Shown here: in pieces, positions 1-9,454 of the stretch | How positions within the stretch are numbered: position 1 is the first letter of the stretch | Layout: the number at the start of each line of letters is the position of its first letter | Source: a bacterium | GTDB taxonomy: Bacteria > SAR324 > NAC60-12 | Direction: 5' to 3' | DNA: 11,009 nucleotides | Assembly (NCBI GenBank): GCA_965233585.1 | Contig: CBDDTI010000388.1 | Span: forward strand, 1 to 11,009 | Notes under the pieces: model-generated | Database searches by the model: none | What the model was told of the DNA's origin: nothing | Seen by the model: the letters and a program-made list of their open reading frames with translations, nothing else | Program-made: the position numbers and the translations under genes

Positions 1-21
1 CTAAAGATTGCTTATATTATT

Positions 22-1263
22 GTAAGATAGAACGTTTGTGGTGTCTGTGATAATGGCATACAAAGAAGACTACTTCAAGAATCTGGATTATCACTGTCGA
101 AATGCGTTGACATCTGTCAGGTGAATGATGCTACCGCAGCACAGCTCAAAGACATGGCACCTGTTAGATTTTCCCATTTGGGTTCCCTGTTCTATGTAGA
201 GCTAGTGCCGCGTGACCTGTTTCCATATTTGGTATTGTACACGAGGTTGAAAGTTGAGCATTAAAAACAGTTCTTACCGCCATCTTGATCTGGTTTTACT
301 GTGTTCCTAGCTTTTATATTCGGAATACACGACAGCACCGAGCCAAACTACCGAACAAGAAGTGAATGCAGTCAGCCGGAAAGTTCCAAGAAACTGAAGG
401 CACCCAAAGAAAATGGTAAAGATCCAAAAGATCAGCTTAGTGTAGAATGCAAATGCTGTGGTAATAAGCATGAGCAGAAAAGAGACAAATGTGCTGCACA
501 AGGAAAAATGCTCATCATGTGGAAAAGCCAACCATTTTGCAGCAAAGTGTTTCAAGAATTTACCCGAATCTAAGAAGAAGCATTCTCAGAAGTTTAAACA
601 CAAGAAATTGAACCAGTTCAACAATGACTTCACAGAGTCTTCTTATTCCTCAGAAGAAGAGATGTTGTCTGTGTCCTTGGACCACACCACCCACATGAAA
701 ATTGCAAATGAGTTAGTGAAGATGCAAGTTGATTCAGGAGCTTCCTGCAATTTGCTACCCTGTAAGTTTCTCCCATGGGACACTGAAATTAAGAAGACCA
801 ATCTGAAGTTAACTATGTGTTCTAAAATGAATTTGAAGGTGCTGGGCATGGCGAAAATATCACTGCGAACAAGAAGTATCATGCCAAATTTGCAATCATT
901 GATGAAGATTACACTCCACTATTTGGCTCTTCAGCAGCACAGCAAATGGGACTAATAACTGTCCAAAGGGAAACATGTTACAAGTCAAGGAAAGTTATCA
1001 GGAACTTAATATGGAGAGAATCACTGTGACTTACCCTGATGTCTTTAAAGGTCTGGATTGTATGGAAGGAGCTCTTCACCTAGAAGTTGTTGAGAGTGCT
1101 TTGCCTGCAATCATGCCTCCCCATCATGTGCTTAGAAAAAGCTAATGTGATAAAGAGAGAAGTAGAACCAACAGACTGGGTGTCTAGCCTTGTTGTGACG
1201 GAAAAACCAAATGGCAAATTAAGAGTGTGTAACGATCCTCACCATCTTAATAAAGCCCTCAAG
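22..1263 (+). mobile_element. Degenerate Ty3/Gypsy-type LTR retrotransposon internal fragment (gag C-terminus, two zinc knuckles, aspartic protease, start of reverse transcriptase); pseudogenised
   Basis: Frame +1 34-159 reads VCGVCDNGIQRRLLQESGLSLSKCVDICQVNDATAAQLKDMA (gag-like). Knuckles CKCCGNKHEQKRDKC (448-492) and CSSCGKANHFAAKC (509-550). Protease motif MQVDSGASCNLLP (DSG at 731-739). YPDVFKGL linker. RT N-terminus LEKANVIKREVEPTDWVSSLVVTEKPNGKLRVCNDPHHLNKALK (1132-1263). There are several frameshifts, stops and deletions, and the element is truncated before the RT core. Confidence 0.93.
162..334. mobile_element. Solo LTR (173 bp) inserted in the gag relic
   Basis: Termini TGT...ACA with a perfect 5-bp TSD GCACC (157-161 and 335-339). 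Candidate ATTAAA poly(A) signal at 260-265. Excision rejoins gag in frame (...KDMAPSQTTEQEVNAV). Confidence 0.85.
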
Positions 1264-2116
1264 TATGTCCACAGTTTGGAAAGTCTTTGTGAGAAATGCT
1301 TTGTGAGAAAATCTTTGCGTGGTAACACAAACATAATAGACTGTGATGACAATTGTAATCTATTACTATAATAAGAGCTTCTGCCTCAGAGACCGGGGCA
1401 GACTTGGAAATGAAGGTCAGCCGATTTTGCTCAAAATCGGTACACATAGTTGTTATGTGGACCTATCTAATATGCCAAAGTTTTAGCTTCAACGACCTTT
1501 TTCCAGCCGAGTTCTGGTATCAGCCCCTCAGGGGTCCTCAAAAGCTGATTTTCAGTGCAATTTTGGCCACTTTTCAATCTCTCTTTTAGCAACGTACAAT
1601 TAACTTCAGTCAAAAACAAAACAATATTTATAATGCCCGATCCAGAGGCTTTTACGGGTAAAACATTAGCTCATGGAAATTTTTCGCTAGGCTGTGGCTG
1701 TTATCACAACTTGGTCCTATTTCAAGCATATGGGAAGCAACCGGAAATGGCCTGTTTTTGAGACCTTATATTTACCATGCCCATGTTTTATATAGTGAAG
1801 TCTTAATATCCCTGCTAAGTTCAGTCCTTGGTTTGGTAATATCAAGAAAAAAATACTAAGGTTGAGGTTTTTTTGCTAAGGAAAAACTTAGAGAAGATGA
1901 CTAGCCGGGCCACTTCCGGTTAAAGTTTCAACAAAGCGTGATGGTAAAAACCAGTTATTTCGATTAATGCCTTTTTTCTTTTTCTAAGTTACGATTTAGA
2001 GACTCTGAAGCTTATTGCAACCGAAAATACTTGCTGTTAATTAGAAATTTCCATGTGGTATTTTGGGACCGATCAGATTTTGGTCCGGCAACGATACGGT
2101 TACAAATTACGTGGGA

Positions 2117-2315
2117 TTTATATGACATAATTCATATTTGTACTGCGGTTATAGATGAAAGTGAGGAGCGATCATCGCAGTAAATTTTCCAATTTAAGCA
2201 ATTGGAAAGAAGAAGCCTTCTTCTTTCCAATTGCTTAAATTGGAAAATTTACTGCGATGATCGCTCCTCACTTTCATCTATAACCGCAGTACAAATATGA
2301 ATTATGTCATATAAA
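2117..2315. repeat. Perfect palindrome, 99-bp arms with a 1-nt spacer (C2216)
   Basis: TTTATATGACATAATTC...GAAAGAAGAAG-C-CTTCTTCTTTC...GAATTATGTCATATAAA; no mismatches seen. Confidence 0.95.
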
Positions 2316-2379
2316 CATCACATCACTTCACTGCACGGGAAGATATGAACTCAATAAATTGACCTCGCTCCCAATGTGT

Positions 2380-2452
<73 letters not shown>

Positions 2453-2455
2453 TGA

Positions 2456-2462
2456 TTTTTTT
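2456..2462 (+). terminator. RNA polymerase III-type terminator (T7)
   Basis: Run of 7 T three bases after the cloverleaf, within a CCTGA...TCAGG mini-hairpin. Confidence 0.55.
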
Positions 2463-2719
2463 CAGGCTTCTTCTTTCCAATTGCTTAAATTGGAAAATTT
2501 ACTGCGATGATCGCTCCTCACTTTCAATTACGTGGAAGTAGTCTTGCAAATTACGGATAATGGAGCGCTGTGAAAAAAGGATATATATTGTATACCTAGC
2601 AACCCATCCTGCCGGTTAATATCAATCTATCATTGCATCTTTTTTGGTCTAAACTGCAATATTATTATATCATGATAAACGAATAACAAGTCTGTGGCTC
2701 TAAGTAATGAGGAAATAAA

Positions 2720-2999
2720 CACACACGATGGGACTAGTCCCTGCGACTAGTCTCTGCAACAAGTCGCAGGGACTTGTCGCATCGTGTGAACTGGCAACTA
2801 GTCCCTGCGCCTAGTCGCAGGGACCATTCACATCGTGTGAACTGGCCATTTTTGCTTCAGAATCTAGTCGCAGGGACCAAAGTTAGTCCCTACTACTAGA
2901 TTTTGTGGCAAAAATGGCCAGTTTACACGATGCGACTAGTCTCTGCGACTTGTTGCAGGGACTAGTCGCAGGGAGTAGTCCCATCGTGTGCGCCGACCT
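2720..2999. mobile_element. PIF/Harbinger-type foldback MITE, left tip deleted
   Basis: About 75-bp imperfect inverted ends (CACACACGATGGGACTAGTCCCTGCGACTAG... / ...CTAGTCGCAGGGAGTAGTCCCATCGTGTGCG). The right end GCCGACCT is followed by TTA (3000-3002). Absent from copy 2 (~8350-8360). GACTAGTC-like sites recur every 13 bp. Confidence 0.75.
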
Positions 3000-3221
3000 T
3001 TATGGTAACATTTCGTATTATAATCCACCAATTTGGCAACTTGGCAGTCATTCTAAATGCAATCACAACGTCTCTCGTGAGACTACTTGAAAATCTCTTT
3101 AAACTTTTACATAACTTTGAACTATTACATATACATGCAATTCAGTAGCTAATTACAGTCCCACTCTTCCAGTCTATATGCATACAGTTTCTGGATAAAT
3201 TCTCTTACTATAAATGCTTAC

Positions 3222-3261
3222 CTGGCTTCAGGTTTAGACGCATGCCCCTTTCCTACAATTC
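3222..3261 (-). pseudogene. 40-bp candidate exon (xIVGKGHASKPEA), copy 1
   Basis: Minus strand tgttgcttcactttaaAG|GAATTGTAGG...GAAGCCAG|GTAAGC. Both splice sites are retained in the paralog at 8587-8626. Confidence 0.5.
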
Positions 3262-3364
3262 CTTTAAAGTGAAGCAACATTAAAAACCTTGACTTAACCC
3301 AGCAATAAATTGGTTGCGATTGTGTCGTTGCGAGCAATGAAAATTCAGGTTGATTCATGCTTAC

Positions 3365-3484
3365 GTGACGAGCTGAGGTCGCGATATGCCAAATGCTGGC
3401 TACGATTGACTTCAGTTTTTTCTCCTCTAGATTCGTCTCATTGATACTTCAGAGAATGATTAGGTTTAGAACTTGCATGAGAAC
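3365..3484 (-). pseudogene. 120-bp candidate exon with one in-frame TGA
   Basis: Minus strand tctttatattcttcAG|GTTCTC...CGTCAC|GTAAGC. The phase-1 frame SHASSKPNHSLKYQ*DESRGEKTEVNRSQHLAYRDLSSS joins the 40-bp exon in phase across a 103-bp intron. Confidence 0.45.
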
Positions 3485-4159
3485 CTGAAGAATATAAAGA
3501 ATATTTATTCATACCCAGTCCCTTGTGCAAACGACCTAGGTATTATAAATTGGGGACATCTAAGACGGTCCATTTTCCCCGCGAAGTCGCTGAATGTCTG
3601 ACTAGAACACTTTCCCTTTCTGTATCGGGATTTTTCATTTATTGCTTTCGTAGTCAGCATAGATCCATGGTGGCAACCAGACCAAATCCGTGTACTGCAT
3701 ACCAAATATTGGACAGGGGAGGAGTGGATCTTCCCTCAAAGACTACTATTAACTGCTTTGATAACTTGGTAAAATACAATATTTCAGCTTTTTTGGAGCA
3801 CTACGAACTTGTACCTTGCATGTTTATGGCACCCCAGCTGTAGAATTGCTGGTTTACTCCGATAATCCTCAGGCCGACCAGTATGTTTGCTGCAGGTGAT
3901 ATGGTGAGTCGTTACCAGGCCCAGTGTCTCATACCTGCTGGAGCTACTGATATCTAAGTGTGGGCATGTGAAAATACTTGATTCATCTCCAAGTTATTTC
4001 GCCTTTCCAAGTGAATCAACATACAATATGGCGTCGGAAATGTTAGCAATTGAATTATGGCTGGTGAGGTAATTTAATTTAGAAATATTTTGTTTAAATG
4101 TCTTAAATGTGTATAGAGATAATGATGAAACAATGATCCTTTACCAGTGGAACGAATTA

Positions 4160-5474
4160 CAGTGAGGACACTCAAACCATGAACACTTAGTGACTATAGA
4201 ATGCGGGCTTGTAATTTTAACAGGAGCATTTAATGTTTTTACACTTACAAAATGCTATACATGTAACACTATTTACAATAAAGTTTCCATATAACGCGCG
4301 CTCTGATTGGTTGAAACAGCGCACTTTATCAGAGAATAGAGAAAGACTTAATGACATTAAGCTGGCTTTCAAATTTTTTGCTTCGGAATTTCGACAAGTT
4401 TGACCCAAATTAAACATCCCCTGTACGAATCAGACAAAATCAATATAAACGAGCTATTTGTTAGCAGTAAATATGGCTCATGGAGACCATCGCTTACAAC
4501 AGTAGTGTAGATACTGGATGAAAATAACACGGTTTTGCTAGATTCCGACAAAACACGTAGCGAAATAAACAAATTCTCAACTTAATGAATTCTTCGATTT
4601 AATACATCAGAGTATATTACCGTGAGGCAGAAATAATACGCAAGAAGTAAAACAACGACAGAGAATACCATTGAGCTGTCTCTGTTTACAATGAGAAGCT
4701 TTATTTTTGTAAAAAATATGCTCAAACAACACTTACATGCAGTGTAGTAACGCTCGCTTGCTTAGTAGCGGCGGCTTCGGTCATCTCAATGACTTGAACT
4801 TCAACAATTCCGTATTCATCGCTCAACCGACGAGTGATCAGTTGAAAGCTTGCTCCCTTGTTCGGAGTTTAACAAGTGCGAGCAGTCTAGCCTTTACAAC
4901 TTTCACGCTAGTTCGGGCAATCTTGCCGTAAGCAAGTAAAAGCCGTAAATAACTGTAGCTTCTTTCAAATACAACTCAGCAGTTTGCATTTTCATCCGCA
5001 AGCTTTGTGCTCCTTCTTTCGTAATTACCATTAGCAAAGTATGCACGTTTCCGTGAGTCACAATGAGGCCGGATTCCTCTGGACTAGCAATCTTTGCCTG
5101 CTTTTACGTCCTGTGAAAACGTGTTAAACTATTTACTGAAAAGCGAACTTTGAAGGCATCCTTCTTCTCTCGAAAGGCAACGCGAAAGGGCGGGAAAGGT
5201 TAGCCGAAGTCCAGTTTGTGATTTGACAGCTTTCATGTCATTAGCCAATCAAATTATTTTGAAGAATTCTAACAAGGATTGTGATTGGCTTATTTTAGCG
5301 TACTTTATCAGAGATTAGTAGACAGCTGACGCCACTTTTACTCCTTTGGAAAATAAAATTTCTGTTTGAAAATTCAGCGAATGCTTGGGGAAATAAGAAG
5401 AGTTTTTACTCCTTAGTCATCGAAAAAAATGTACACAAATATGTGAAGTGTTCACGGTTCGAATGTCCTTACTG
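4160..5474. mobile_element. Tc1/mariner-superfamily non-autonomous element (CAGT termini)
   Basis: 29-bp TIRs at 4160-4188 (CAGTGAGGACACTCAAACCATGAACACTT) and 5446-5474 (25/29 match), flanked by TA on both sides (4158-4159, 5475-5476). No transposase is visible. Confidence 0.8.
4270..5400. mobile_element. Probable nested repeat with subterminal direct repeats (possibly Crypton-like; boundaries approximate)
   Basis: TGATTGG...AGCG.ACTTTATCAGAGA.TAG occurs at 4304-4339 and 5282-5318, with an exact 13-mer ACTTTATCAGAGA at 4323 and 5302. No TIR or TSD is seen. The family label comes from recollection of similar cnidarian repeats only. Confidence 0.4.
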
Positions 5475-5779
5475 TAAAGACATTAAAAGCTTGTAAAAAA
5501 AATCTTTGAACGGGCAAAATAAATTTATTTCTGATAAACTTGCATGCAGTCAGTCCACACTAGGATACTTATGGGATGCAATAGGTATCACAATGCCGAG
5601 TTCCTGAAATATGTTATCAGAAACGTCAGCGGTAATCTTCTTCGGTTTCTTCAATTTCTTTTTTCTCATTGATCTTCTTGATCAGTCCGGGAGAACGCCA
5701 GTTTTGGAAGGAGGGAGAACAATGGATTACATCACGAACATAAGAGGATCACCATGGCGATGAGCATTTTCAAAACATT

Positions 5780-5790
5780 AAACATGGCGG
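5780..5790 (+). promoter_or_regulatory. YY1-type motif AAACATGGCGG
   Basis: Matches the AANATGGCGG consensus in a locally CpG-containing stretch. Motif match only. Confidence 0.25.
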
Positions 5791-6770
5791 CCGAATGCGG
5801 GGAAATGTAGGGGTAAAAGTATTCGCTTTATTTTGGATTTCATTTCGACTTTTCTTTGCCTAATTATAGGAAAAGTCGTTTTATACGGATAATAACCATT
5901 CTTGTGACAAAATATTGAGTGTATTTTATTGAGCGTAACATGCACTTAGTTCTCAAAGCGTTAGCAATGTCGATGCTACTGGTATAAAACCAAGGTTCAT
6001 TTTCGAAGGTCACGCCGAAGATCTGCCAAGTTTACGCCAAGATGTTAAGGCATTGTATCGAAAAAGGCAAAAATCTACGTCGAAGATCTTTTGCGTATTA
6101 AAGTTATTCAGAATGCAGCTCGGCTATGTAATCTCGAACTTCAAACAGGTAAACAGTTTTCCAAGTCTTCGCCAGTTGTAATATTCCATGTTTATTGAAA
6201 TACGTAATAAGAGAATTTCTGTGTTTGCAGTTATTTGTCTCGTAAATATTCGTTGTTTAGCCTGGTCGAGTGCTTAAAGGTCAAATGTGATGTAGTGTTT
6301 CTTAAAATCAACAAAGAGTGAAAAACCAACGCTATATGTGGTCTTCGATGGTTGCAGTTTTCCTTTCGGAAGAACACTAGCTTTCATCATCATTTCCTGA
6401 ATAAATCAGTATTTTTTTTTTTAAATGTGTCACTGTTTGCTTTTATCTCAAGATAATAATCCATCAATAGTGTAGCTACTGTTTTGTCGCTGTCAGATAC
6501 TAATGTTACTTACTTTTATTAAAGCAAAACTCGACATTTTTCTAAATTCCATGGGCAAAGATAAAATACTTGTGAAATTGGTCACACTCTACACTAAAGC
6601 TAAGGCTTCAGGGCATGGCTAGCCTGTGTACATATTATTAGTACCAAGAAGAGTAGTCTGCTTGTGATGTAATGTAAATGTCTCTCAATCATTCAGTAAG
6701 TTAATATTCCTCAAAGTACAATTATTAAAAGTAAAATCATCTTAAAGTTTTGTTTTTGTTGTCATCTTAA

Positions 6771-8331
6771 GAGCTTATGCCTGAGAGACCGGGGCAGACT
6801 TGGAAATGAAGGTCAGCCGATTTTGCTCAAATTCGGTACACAAAGTTGTTTTGTGGACCTATGTAATATGCCAAAGTTTTAGCTTCAACGACCTTTTTCC
6901 AGCCGGGTTCTGGATATCAGCCCCTCAGGGGTCCTCAAAGGCTGATTTCCAGTGCAATTTTGGCCACTTTTCAATCTCTCTTTTAGCAACGTACAATTAA
7001 AGTGCCTATGACATGAAAAATATTTTCCGCTTATTTGAAAGGCCTTTCAAAATACAGAAGAATGGCGTTTTTCTTTTTGAAATATCTCTTTTCGTTTTAG
7101 AGATATTGACTTTTTTCTGTTATGCAAATTAGATCAGTGATGACGTCATTTTGTTTGCAACTAAGAATGGTAAAATACTGAATAAAAGATATCTCTGGAA
7201 ATATTGAAGCAGTGTTCTTGAAACTTGGCACCATAAATGTGCATCACAAAAGAAACACAATGACACCATTAATGCCATTGCCATGGCAACAGTTTGGCCA
7301 CTGGTGCTGTCTTAATAAAAACTAAAATTCCCGGTTTTTGTCTTAACCAAGTACCGTCTACCCCACACAATCTATTGACGGGAGTTAAGACAATATGGGA
7401 ACTGTGTCTGTTCCAAGTAGCACCCTTTGTCTCATTTCAAGAGTTGTAAATGGGGACATTTGTTTTTTGGACAGAAAGAGACTGGAGCCGAAAGAGTTGC
7501 TATGGCAACACCATTGAGGGTGTCATTTTGTTTCTTTTGTGATGCACATTTATGGTGCCAAGTTTCAAGAACACTGCTTTAATATTTCTTGAGATATTGT
7601 TTATTCAGTATTTTACCATTTTTAGTTGCAAACAATATGACGTCATCACTGATCTAATTTGCATAATAGAAAAAAGTCAATATCTCTAAAACGAAAAGAG
7701 ATATTTCAAAAAGAAAAACGCCATTCTTCTCTATTTTAAAAGGCCTTTCAAATAAGCGGAAAATATTTTTCATGTCATAGGCACTTTAACTTCAGTCAAA
7801 AACAAAACCATATTTCTAATACCCTATCCATAAGCTTTCATGGGTAAAAACATTAGCTCACAGAAATTTTTCTTTAGGCTGTGGCTGTTATCACAACTTG
7901 GTCCTATTTGAAGCATATGGGAAGCAACCGGAAATGGCCTGTTTTTGAGACCTTATATTTTCCATGCCCATGTTTTATATCGTGAAGTCTTAATATGTAA
8001 TTTCGATTAATGCCTTTTTTCTTCTTCTAAGTTATGATTTACAGACTCTCAAGCTTGTTATAGCTGAAAAGACTTGCCGTTAATTAGAAATTTCCATGTG
8101 GTGTTTTGGGACCGATCAGATTTTGGTCCGGCAACGTTATGAATTACGTAGAGGTAGTCTCGAAAATTACGGATAATGGAGTGGCTGTGAAAAAAGGATA
8201 TATCGTATACTTAACAACCTATCTCTTGCCGGTTAACAACAATCTACCACTGCATTTTTTTGGTCTAAACTGCAATATTATTATATCATGATAAGTGAAT
8301 AACAAGTCTGTGGCTTCAAGTAATGAAGCGC
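6771..8331. mobile_element. Putative non-autonomous Kolobok-like DNA transposon, copy 2 (host of the 7001-7785 MITE)
   Basis: TTAA|GAGCTT...CAGACTTG (6795-6802) mirrors CAAGTCTG (8303-8310)...GAAGCGC|TAAT. The TIR and the right TSD are degenerate. Confidence 0.5.
7001..7785. mobile_element. Kolobok-type foldback MITE, 785 bp, ~290-bp TIRs
   Basis: TTAA TSD at 6997-7000 and 7786-7789; the empty paralogous site has a single TTAA (1600-1603). Termini are AGTGCCTATG...CATAGGCACT: 5'-RR as in Kolobok, not the 5'-YY of piggyBac. TIRs span ~7001-7290 and ~7496-7785. Confidence 0.92.
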
Positions 8332-8586
8332 TAATTAAATCAGGAAATTAGCAAGTTCTGTGGAAACATTTCGTATTATAATCCACCTATTTTGAAATTC
8401 TTTTCTGAAGGGAAACAACTTAGCAGTCATTTTAAACAAATCACAACGTCTCTTGTGAGACTACTTGAAAATTGCTTTGAAATTTTAGGAAATTTCAAAT
8501 ACATGCAATTTCAGCTAATTACAGTCCCACTCTTCCAGTCTATATGTAAACAGTGTCTGGATAAATTCCCTTATTATAAATCTTAC

Positions 8587-8626
8587 CTGGCTTCAGGTTT
8601 AGAGGCATGCCCGTTTCCTACAATTC
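8587..8626 (-). pseudogene. 40-bp candidate exon (xIVGNGHASKPEA), copy 2
   Basis: Minus strand cactttcaAG|GAATTG...GCCAG|GTAAGA. It differs from copy 1 only at two third-codon positions (AAG/AAC, GCG/GCC). Confidence 0.5.
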
Positions 8627-8660
8627 CTTGAAAGTGAAGCAACATGACTGGAAACTCTAA

Positions 8661-9197
8661 GGCCCTGTTTACAAGGAGATAGGGTAACCCTACTGCCAGG
8701 GTAACCCTAGCAAGAGGGTTGAAAGATAGCCCGGGTTTACAAGCAAAATTTTCAGGTAGGGTAACCCTACTGCCCGAGACAACTTTACGTTTGTTCCGCT
8801 TCGGTTACTTTGTAATTAAAGCACGAACAGATAACAAAAGTGGAAAATAATATATTTCCAAAGTAAAAATATGACAAATTGTGAAAGAACTTGATGTTTT
8901 CTGGGTCGTATTTCGCTGATTTTGTCGGTATTGTGATCATATTTTGCTATTGGGAGCCAAAATAGAGTTGTCTCGGGTAGGCGAGTTGTCCCTAGCAGAG
9001 CATTTACAAGGCGCTAGGGTTACCCTAGTGCCAGGGTAACCCTAGCAGTCAGCTAGGGTTACCCTAGCTCTAGGGTAACCCTAGCTGCCTTGTAAATACG
9101 TCGTTGAAAATAAGAAGAAATGTGCGAGTGCCAGGGTAACCCTCTTGCTAGGGTAACCCTAGCACTAGGGTTACCCTACCTGCTTGTAAACAGGGCC
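8661..9197. mobile_element. PIF/Harbinger-type MITE, 537 bp, with ten AGGGTWACCCT palindromes
   Basis: Perfect 15-bp TIR GGCCCTGTTTACAAG, extending imperfectly to ~60 bp. 3-bp TSD TAA (8658-8660, 9198-9200). Confidence 0.92.
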
Positions 9198-9454
9198 TAA
9201 CTCGACCTTTTACTTTTCACACTAGGCCTCAAGGCATGTAAAGCAGTAATCCATCTAGAAAATGGATGTAGTGAGTCCTGGAAGTAATATAGCTAGACAA
9301 CTCCCAGATCTTTGTGCATGTGTCCCGTACCTTTGGGGAAAAATAACATGTAGACACAATATCATATCAACTCTTTGGTTTTCGTCCATCGTATCTTGAT
9401 TAAAAATATATCACCACTGTTTGTGTTATATGTTTAATCATGTAGACACAAGTT

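Noticed and set aside
301..1371. ORF-track ORFs 301-573, 458-955 and 1087-1371 as genes
   Set aside because: They are frameshifted pieces of one dead gag-pol; their starts and ends are out-of-frame or LTR-derived sequence.
3149..3173. Terminal exon (R)LEEWDCN* on the minus strand, identical in both copies
   Set aside because: It would need a 47-48-bp intron with a weak polypyrimidine tract, which is suspiciously short. The identity may simply reflect the duplication.
3523..3843. 106-aa ORF as a real CDS
   Set aside because: No recognisable domain, non-ATG start, and the paralogous copy has frameshifting indels.
4025..4074. Possible first coding exon ATGGCGTCGGAAATG...GAG|GTAATT
   Set aside because: Only a short motif-level match, with no supportable downstream exon.
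7001..7785. piggyBac assignment for the TTAA-flanked MITE
   Set aside because: piggyBac ends begin with pyrimidines (typically CC); this element begins AG, which fits Kolobok.
8681..9177. Interstitial telomere or telomerase RNA template
   Set aside because: There are no tandem TTAGGG runs; the motifs are isolated palindromes within a TIR/TSD-defined MITE.
2720..9197. CRISPR-like arrays in the GACTAGTC and AGGGTWACCCT repeat clusters
   Set aside because: Repeats are 8-11 bp with 5-6-bp gaps, sit inside TIR-bounded elements, have no unique 25-45-bp spacers, and there are no cas genes.
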